Assembly (NCBI GenBank): GCA_934086395.1
Contig: CAKOIE010000004.1
Coordinates: 285 to 64,284, forward strand
Reading direction: 5' to 3'
DNA length: 64,000 nucleotides
DNA from: an uncultured Bacilli bacterium
GTDB taxonomy: Bacteria > Bacillota_I > Bacilli_A > RF39 > UBA660
Below, in pieces: positions 57,515 through 64,000 of this stretch. Every line of letters starts with the position of its first letter. Positions within the stretch are counted from its first letter, which is position 1. Position numbers and translations under genes: made by a program. The notes below the pieces were generated by a model that did not search any database, was not told where the DNA came from, and worked only from the letters and a program-made list of their open reading frames with translations.

Positions 57515-57542
57515 ATTATATTACTAAAAGCCCCCCCGTCAA
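57515..57542 (-). promoter_or_regulatory. Family promoter (copy D): TTGACG-N16-TATAAT with a G7 tract in the spacer
   Basis: -35 at 57537-57542 and -10 at 57515-57520. The C7 run on the plus strand is at 57531-57537. Confidence 0.55.
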
Positions 57543-57635
57543 GCGAAAACTTGTTCTTGTTTTTTAATTACATAAATTTTTAAAATAATATATATTTGCA
57601 AAATAATTTACATCATTTACATATCGTTACTAAAT

Positions 57636-58889
57636 TTAATATAAATCATAGCATACTTTAAAAGCAGGTCTCATTTTTTCTATTTGTTCATTATTAATTC
57701 CATATTTTTTTGCTAACTTTTCCCAATTATTTTTTACAATATGTATAATTTCATCAGCATAGTTTTTAGCAATATCCTGAGAAATATCAAAATAATTTGC
57801 ACTTGAAATAGCTAAATTTATAGAAATACTATTATCAAAACTATCAATATTTAATGAAAGCATATCACCATAAGGAACAGGATTAACATCATATAGAGGA
57901 GATAAAATCCATCCTTTATTAGTTAATATAAACCCATGATTTCGTAAATGATCATCAGTATTCGAAACAGCCATATTAAAAATAATTCGTTTAAATAGTT
58001 CTATAAGATCCTCTTTCGGATTAGCACCATAGGCTTTGATAAAATCTACAATATCAATATAGCTTGTACCATCATCAGTTCCTGCACCATCATTTTTTCC
58101 AAGCATTGTCATAGCTGAAGCAAAATGTATTCTTTTTTTACCATCTCGATCAAAACGTTTAACCAAGAAAGTACTACCATCTTTTGAAAAATTTTCTAAT
58201 TTAGATTCAGGAACATTTAATTTACACATTTTTGCTAAATCATGCACTACTTTTTCCCATGCACCTACATTATAATCATCATTTTTAGAAGGAAACTTTG
58301 CAATCCATAAATTACCATGCTCATCTTCTACTGTAGCTTTTGGTCTAGCTCCTCCAAGAGAAGAACCTGGTTTTAGCAATTGATTAAGCCATTTATCATT
58401 CAATAAATTTCCATCTTTTTCAAATTGGCGTGATGCTTCCTCTAAAGTACGAAGAGTTGTCCAAGGAGGAGCAGCATTTTCAAAATCATCTGACAAAAAT
58501 GAAGCATTTTCATCTTCTTTAAAACGAAGAGCACCAATACGTGTTTGATCATATACTCCAAGCAAAAAATCACTATCATATAAATTATTAGGTTTCCTAT
58601 TTTCATTATTTGCTTTAATAACCTCACGTCTTTTCATAAGAACTCTTCCCCAACGATCTGGAGATGCATCAGCAAACATTCCAAAAATATTTTTAGTAGA
58701 ATATTGTCTTCCGGAAAACATGGAAATTTCAGGATCTAAATAAAATGAAAATTTTGATTGTTTTAGCCAATCATCATCATACGCAAAAGAATAATGTTCA
58801 ACACCACGTAAAGTATTAACATATAAAATTCCTAATTTTTTTGGCTCTATTGAACTGAAATTTTCATATACTATTATTTTTCGTTCCAT
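57636..58889 (-). CDS. hipA: HipA-family type II toxin kinase
   Basis: 417 aa. It has a HipA N-terminal coupling region and a C-terminal kinase-like domain (GGARPKATV, FNMAVSNTDDHLRNHGF). Confidence 0.85.
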   Translation of the reverse strand: MERKIIVYENFSSIEPKKLGILYVNTLRGVEHYSFAYDDDWLKQSKFSFYLDPEISMFSGRQYSTKNIFGMFADASPDRWGRVLMKRREVIKANNENRKPNNLYDSDFLLGVYDQTRIGALRFKEDENASFLSDDFENAAPPWTTLRTLEEASRQFEKDGNLLNDKWLNQLLKPGSSLGGARPKATVEDEHGNLWIAKFPSKNDDYNVGAWEKVVHDLAKMCKLNVPESKLENFSKDGSTFLVKRFDRDGKKRIHFASAMTMLGKNDGAGTDDGTSYIDIVDFIKAYGANPKEDLIELFKRIIFNMAVSNTDDHLRNHGFILTNKGWILSPLYDVNPVPYGDMLSLNIDSFDNSISINLAISSANYFDISQDIAKNYADEIIHIVKNNWEKLAKKYGINNEQIEKMRPAFKVCYDLY

Positions 58890-58891
58890 TA

Positions 58892-59206
58892 TTATTCTCC
58901 TTTAGGTGCTCGTTTCCTAACATGCATATTTAAATCCTGAAGTTTTCTTCCAAATTCATCATCCTTAGCAACAAGTAACAAGTCTTTATCTAAATTATTA
59001 AGAGAATGCAAGACATTAGCATAAATACCAATGGCAACAGATGGACTACCTTTTTCTACATTCCACAAAGTAGCACGACTTATTCCAGCTCTTTCAGCAA
59101 CTAATTTAACAGATAATTGTCTACGTAATCTAGCTAATTTAATTTGTTCTCCCATTATCACAAGAATTTCTTCAGTACTAGGTAAAACATTAACAGATTT
59201 CTTCAT
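58892..59206 (-). CDS. HipB-like XRE-family antitoxin
   Basis: HTH (IKLARLRRQLSVKLVAERAGISRATLWNVEKG). The stop lies 2 nt before the hipA ATG. The ATG at 59206 is preceded by GAGGTGA. Confidence 0.8.
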   Translation of the reverse strand: MKKSVNVLPSTEEILVIMGEQIKLARLRRQLSVKLVAERAGISRATLWNVEKGSPSVAIGIYANVLHSLNNLDKDLLLVAKDDEFGRKLQDLNMHVRKRAPKGE

Positions 59207-59275
59207 ATATGTCACCTCATAGCATCTATAATTATAGACTAAAGTAACAATAATGTCAATGTTTATAGACATTAT

Positions 59276-60767
59276 GTTAATCTTTTTTTAAAATGTCACC
59301 TTATCATTAATAGAAATGTCACCAATAATGATTTATAATATTTCTTTGGGAAGGTGATATTTTTATTATGCATAATAAACCATATGCATTAAAACTTGTT
59401 CAAGACAAAATAAATGGTTTAAATAATTATTCTTATTCTCAGATTAGTTCTCTTACTGGATTTACTAAAAGACATTTAATTAGGTTATCTCAAAAACTAA
59501 ACAAAAAGGATATTGATTCTATTTTAGTTCATGGCCTAACAAATAAACCTTCTAATAATTCACCATCCGACAAAGAAATTGAATTAATTAAGAACTTTAA
59601 GAATAAATATCCAGTTATTAGTATAACACAATTTCAAGATATTTATCATGAAGATGTTATTTGGAATCCTAATATGACTAAAATAGTAAAAGAGAACAAT
59701 CTTAAAGTAAGAAGTTATTCTTTTTATGAATCCTTGTATGAAAAGTTTCAATGGATAAAGCCTATAAAACATAGATGTTTTAATAAAGATTATGATAGTC
59801 ATCCTTTAAGAGAGCCTTCTCCACAAAGAGGTATTCTAATTATGATTGATGGTACTCCTCATGATTGGTTTCAAAATGGAAGAAAATCATCTTTACATTT
59901 AGCTATTGATGATGCCACAGGTGAAGCTTTATGTGGATGGTTTATGCCTACTGAATGTCTAGAAGGTTATGTTCATATGTTAGAAATATTAGTTACAAAA
60001 TATGGTATTCCAGAAAACATATACTGTGATAAACATACTATTTTAATAAGCCCCATCGATGGTAATCTAACTAATTTTGGTCATATGTGTGAAGATTTAG
60101 GTATCAATATAATTGCTGCTAATACACCTCAAGCTAAAGGAAAAGTAGAAAAATGGAATAACACTATTCAAAATAGATTAATAAATGATATTAAGAGATA
60201 TGGTATTAAATCTATTGATGAATTGAATATATTTTTTAATGATTTTTATTGTAATTATCTTAATGAAAAATATGCTTATGAGCCAAAAGAAAATGAAACA
60301 GCTTTTGTTTCATTAGATAGTACTGATTTATCTAATATTCTATGCATAAGAGATAAAAGAACAATACTTAGCGGAAATATGTTTTCCTGGAAAAATAATT
60401 ATTATCAAATATTGGAACAAGATAATTCTATAAAGCTAATTTATAAAGGTACTGAGATACATGTATTTGAAAATGTATTAACCAGAAAAGTTAAGGTTAA
60501 ATACTACAATATATTTTATGAAACTAAAAAAATCGAAGGTCATAGACAAGATCCAGAAAAAAGAGAACAAATGAGAATAGATAATCAAAAACAACTTGAA
60601 CAAGTTTTAAAAGAAAGAGATGAAAGATTAAAAGCAAGGGCGAACAAAGTGAGTTCATAATACCCTTGCTTTTCAGATTTCATCATTTATAATTTTTATT
60701 CAAACAAAGTTCACCTTTGTTTGCTATCTGTAATTATAAATTGGTGACATTTTAACTAATGTTTAAC
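59276..60767 (+). mobile_element. 1492-bp insertion sequence (rve-type DDE transposase, ISNCY/IS1202-like) with a 17-bp target site duplication
   Basis: 25-bp imperfect terminal inverted repeats (59276-59300 vs 60743-60767, 21/25 matches, both beginning GTTAA and ending TTAAAATGTCACC). Flanked by perfect direct repeats ATGTTTATAGACATTAT at 59259-59275 and 60768-60784. Confidence 0.85.
59368..60660 (+). CDS. DDE (rve/integrase-core) transposase
   Basis: N-terminal HTH region. Catalytic core MIDGTPHDWF...HLAIDDATGEALCGWF...IYCDKHT...ANTPQAKGKVEKWNNTIQNRL. Confidence 0.85.
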   Translation: MHNKPYALKLVQDKINGLNNYSYSQISSLTGFTKRHLIRLSQKLNKKDIDSILVHGLTNKPSNNSPSDKEIELIKNFKNKYPVISITQFQDIYHEDVIWNPNMTKIVKENNLKVRSYSFYESLYEKFQWIKPIKHRCFNKDYDSHPLREPSPQRGILIMIDGTPHDWFQNGRKSSLHLAIDDATGEALCGWFMPTECLEGYVHMLEILVTKYGIPENIYCDKHTILISPIDGNLTNFGHMCEDLGINIIAANTPQAKGKVEKWNNTIQNRLINDIKRYGIKSIDELNIFFNDFYCNYLNEKYAYEPKENETAFVSLDSTDLSNILCIRDKRTILSGNMFSWKNNYYQILEQDNSIKLIYKGTEIHVFENVLTRKVKVKYYNIFYETKKIEGHRQDPEKREQMRIDNQKQLEQVLKERDERLKARANKVSS

Positions 60768-60811
60768 ATGTTTATAGACATTATTAAATAAACCTAGTCA
60801 TTATCCAAGCA

Positions 60812-62389
60812 TTATCTAAAACGGTAAGGACTAACCTCTTCACCAGTTCCACTAGCTATCAAGATATCAGATTTCAAGAAAACGGCCGGCAAAACCCCGT
60901 TAGAGTTAAACGCGCCGCCGCTGCTGACGGCACCGCCCCCATCCACATCAAACACATAAGTCGAGTAACCAGAGTAAGGCGACAATGTCCAATACCAACT
61001 ATACTTTTGTAACCAATTGTCTAATTTACATTTTATATTAGTATAATCAGTTTGTTCTTTTGTTGAATCATATACTATTCCAGCTCTTAAATTTTCTCTA
61101 CATTCACTATTTGTTGATGCATATCCATAATCGCTGGCATAAATTAGACCAACCTTACCTGTCCACTCAGTAGGGAGACTATTTTGATAGGTGATTGTTC
61201 CTCTTTCTTTATTGTATTGTTCTAATAGAGGCAATCCATATGGTGCAGAGCTTGGGTTGTTATAACTATTTCCTCCTATGTTCCATACACTTTCACTTAT
61301 CATATTTTGATAAGTGCTTTTTATGACGTTTGTATAATTAAATTCTCCAGTTTGGCGAAGTACTGGTTTCTTAGTTGTTGAATCAGAATATGAATTATAC
61401 CAATTATTCTTATTTGCAGTTAATGCTGTATTTAAATAATCTCCATTTAATTCATTTTTTAAGTCTGCTTCTGTCCAATTATTAAATCCATAATCATTAT
61501 TTCCAGTGGCATCCCATGAAAAATTACCTAATGATTCATTTCTAACTAATTTTATCTTTCTTTCAATTTTACCAGTTGAATCTTTTACATTAAATACTCC
61601 AACTATTCTCCATAGTTCTCCGGTGTTAGCAAATTCAACATAATTATTTGGATTAGCTCCTGTATATCTTAAGTTTACATCACTTGTATTATCTATAAAT
61701 AATCCACTTGTTGATACTCCATTTGTTTTTGTTTCACTATCAAATTTAGCAATTAATGTATCTGTTGCTGATTCTTCGTAATTTATAGCTATCTTTCCTG
61801 ATAAACTTTTTCCTTTTTCACTATCTTGGTTTAAACCATTATCAGTAAATTGTAATTTTAAATTAAATGTAATTGTTTGATTTGTTGTACTTGTTTTAAA
61901 CTCTCCTGTTGCTAGTTCTAAATATCTATTTCCTTTTTTTAATGTTCCATGAGTATATCCTGTTTCTGAGGTGTTACCTGGTATTGTTTGATTAGATACT
62001 CCAACTAGGTCACTTGTTACATTACTATTTGTACTTGTTCTTTTTATATAATAATGGATCATTCCATCACTAAACTCTGATATATAATCTAGTCCTACTT
62101 TATATGGCATTGCTAAACCACTTGTTGTATTTGTTCCTGTTAATGTAAATGTTTTATTAACTATAATGTCATTACTAGGCACAATATTTTTACTTGTTAA
62201 CAAATCACTTGTTCCATCAGTATAACTTATGGTCATCTTTCCTCCTGTTACCTCTACTATTGATGTACTTCCATTATTATTTGTTGATGTAAAAAAAGCA
62301 TATGTTATACCAGAGAACATCATTAATAATATTAATAATGTTCCAATCATTACATACACTTTTACTCTTTCATTCTTAGCATTATTCAT
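60812..62389 (-). CDS. Secreted protein, family copy E (type-2 C-domain, VR-like 3' patch)
   Basis: The 5' region and upstream sequence are nearly identical to copy D. The 3' end is C-like (VLPAVFLKSDILIASGTGEE). Confidence 0.85.
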   Translation of the reverse strand: MNNAKNERVKVYVMIGTLLILLMMFSGITYAFFTSTNNNGSTSIVEVTGGKMTISYTDGTSDLLTSKNIVPSNDIIVNKTFTLTGTNTTSGLAMPYKVGLDYISEFSDGMIHYYIKRTSTNSNVTSDLVGVSNQTIPGNTSETGYTHGTLKKGNRYLELATGEFKTSTTNQTITFNLKLQFTDNGLNQDSEKGKSLSGKIAINYEESATDTLIAKFDSETKTNGVSTSGLFIDNTSDVNLRYTGANPNNYVEFANTGELWRIVGVFNVKDSTGKIERKIKLVRNESLGNFSWDATGNNDYGFNNWTEADLKNELNGDYLNTALTANKNNWYNSYSDSTTKKPVLRQTGEFNYTNVIKSTYQNMISESVWNIGGNSYNNPSSAPYGLPLLEQYNKERGTITYQNSLPTEWTGKVGLIYASDYGYASTNSECRENLRAGIVYDSTKEQTDYTNIKCKLDNWLQKYSWYWTLSPYSGYSTYVFDVDGGGAVSSGGAFNSNGVLPAVFLKSDILIASGTGEEVSPYRFR

Positions 62390-62414
62390 TTTATTTCACC
62401 TAACCTATAGTGAA

Positions 62415-62442
62415 ATTATATTACTAAAAGCCCCCCCGCCAA
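62415..62442 (-). promoter_or_regulatory. Family promoter (copy E): TTGGCG-N16-TATAAT with a G7 tract
   Basis: -35 at 62437-62442 and -10 at 62415-62420. The C7 run on the plus strand is at 62431-62437. Confidence 0.5.
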
Positions 62443-62581
62443 GCGAAATTTTGTTCTTATTTTTTGAATTATAAATTTTCAATTTATTATATATGTGTTT
62501 TGCAAATTAATTTATACAAAGAAATTTATTTTCAACATTATCAAAATTTATTTATACAAAGACACAGTTAATTGAACGGGC

Positions 62582-64000
62582 TCATAAACTTAATTTATAA
62601 GGACTATCTTTTTCACCTGTTCCAGATGTGAATAAGATATTGGATTTTAAATAAATAGAGGGGAAAATTCCTAAAGAACGATAACACGTTGTACTATCAG
62701 CAACACCACTACTATTTATTCCAAAAATATCATAAGAATAGTTAGAAAAAGGTGTTATAGTCCAAAACCAATTTGATTTAAACAACCAATTATTTTTCTT
62801 ACATTTTCCATTTGAATAATCCCATTTTTCGTTTTCTTTGTCATATGTTAAACCAGATCTTAAATTTTCTCTACATTCACTATTTGTTGAGGCATATCCA
62901 TAATCACTTGCATAAATTAGTCCAACTTTACCTGTCCATGTGGTAGGGCAACTATTTTGATAGGTAATTATTCCCCTTTCTTTATTATATTGATCTAAGA
63001 GAGGTAATCCATATGGTGGAGTATTTGGGTTGTTATAACTATTTCCTCCAACGTTCCATACACTTTCACTTATCATATTTTGATAATTATTTTTTATAAC
63101 TTTTGTATAATCAAATACTCCAGTTTGGCGAAGTGATGGTTTCTTTGTTGTTGAATCATAATATGAATTATACCAATTATTCTTATTTGCAGTTAAAGCT
63201 GTATTTAAATAATCACCATTTAATTCATTTTTTAAGTCTGCTTCTGTCCAATTATTTATTCCACGATACTCATTTGTTATAGAATTTAACTTAGCATCCC
63301 ATGAAAATTCTCCTAATGATTCATCTCTAACTAATTTTATCTTTCTTTCAATTTTACCAGTTGAATCTTTTATATTAAATACTCCAACTATTCTCCATAG
63401 TTCTCCGGTGTTAGCAAACTCAACATAATTATTTGGATTAGCTCCTGTATATCTTAAATTTACATCACTTGTGTTATCTATAAATAATCCACTTATTGAT
63501 ACTTCATTTGTTTTTGTTTCTTTATCATATAAGGCCATTAATGTATCTGTTGCTGATTCTTCATAATTAATTACTATCTTTCCTGTTAAATTTTTTCCTT
63601 TTTCACTATCTTGATTTTCATTATTATCTGGAAATTGTAATTTTAAATTAAATGTAATTGTTTGATTTGTTGTATTTGTTTTAAACTCTCCTGTTGCTAG
63701 TTCTAGGTATCTATTTCCCTTTTTTAATGTTCCATGAGTATATCCTGTTTCTGAGGTGTTACCTGGTATTGTTTGATTTGCTGTTCCAACTAAATTACTT
63801 GTTATATTACCATTAGTATTAGTTCTTTTTATATAATAATGAATCATTCCATCACTAAACTCTGATATATAATCTAGGCCTACTTTATATGGCATAGCTA
63901 AACCACTTGTCGTATTTGTTCCTGTTAATGTGAATGTTTTATTAACTATAATGTCATTACTAGGCACTATATTTTTACTTGTTAATATATTACTTGTTCC
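62582..64000 (-). CDS. Secreted protein, family copy F (type-2 C-domain), 5' end beyond the window
   Basis: The reading frame stays open to position 64000, and the sequence there still aligns to the conserved N-domain (…TSKNIVPS…). Ends in TGA. Confidence 0.8.
   Translation of the reverse strand, partial: GTSNILTSKNIVPSNDIIVNKTFTLTGTNTTSGLAMPYKVGLDYISEFSDGMIHYYIKRTNTNGNITSNLVGTANQTIPGNTSETGYTHGTLKKGNRYLELATGEFKTNTTNQTITFNLKLQFPDNNENQDSEKGKNLTGKIVINYEESATDTLMALYDKETKTNEVSISGLFIDNTSDVNLRYTGANPNNYVEFANTGELWRIVGVFNIKDSTGKIERKIKLVRDESLGEFSWDAKLNSITNEYRGINNWTEADLKNELNGDYLNTALTANKNNWYNSYYDSTTKKPSLRQTGVFDYTKVIKNNYQNMISESVWNVGGNSYNNPNTPPYGLPLLDQYNKERGIITYQNSCPTTWTGKVGLIYASDYGYASTNSECRENLRSGLTYDKENEKWDYSNGKCKKNNWLFKSNWFWTITPFSNYSYDIFGINSSGVADSTTCYRSLGIFPSIYLKSNILFTSGTGEKDSPYKLSL

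Overview
The window is very AT-rich DNA from a low-GC Bacillota organism. T-box and L20-leader style regulation, a gerA-type spore germination operon and SipW-type signal peptides support that placement. TAG, TAA and TGA all terminate genes, so the code is standard. Most genes are on the minus strand.

Housekeeping backbone: leuS behind a Leu T-box, the infC-rpmI-rplT operon, pnp, rpsO, polA, a phosphoketolase, 14 tRNA genes (one stand-alone tRNA-Gln, two divergent clusters, one tRNA-Arg) and a gerA A-C-B operon.

Accessory content is interleaved with this backbone. Five items deserve the most attention:
1. A six-copy family, plus one relic fragment, of secreted proteins. Each has a SipW-type signal peptide and a TasA/camelysin-like N-domain fused to one of two lectin-like C-terminal modules, and each has its own conserved promoter.
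2. Three of these copies carry a GC-rich, adenine-depleted 3' patch. Its variable codons are all NNY, which resembles a diversity-generating retroelement (DGR) variable region. No reverse transcriptase or template repeat is present in this window.
3. Two copies have a G7 tract inside the promoter spacer, a possible phase-variation switch.
4. A three-gene island next to tRNA-Gln encodes a DarT-like (DUF4433-type) ADP-ribosyltransferase domain protein, a 1240-aa RecQ-family helicase with an N-terminal DUF4145-like/coiled-coil region, and a small tail-anchored coiled-coil peptide. No macrodomain partner is present. I consider this the best candidate for an undescribed defence or toxin system.
5. 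An unannotated 30-codon hydrophobic ORF with convergent overlapping transcription signals looks like a type I toxin-antitoxin locus.

Other accessory content:
- An Abi_2 (AbiD/F-like) gene.
- A hipBA pair.
- Two IS elements, one with a perfect 17-bp target duplication.
- An SOS-type yolD / Y-family polymerase / dinD cluster with shared CAATTG-centred palindromes.
- Two genes inactivated by in-frame TAG codons.
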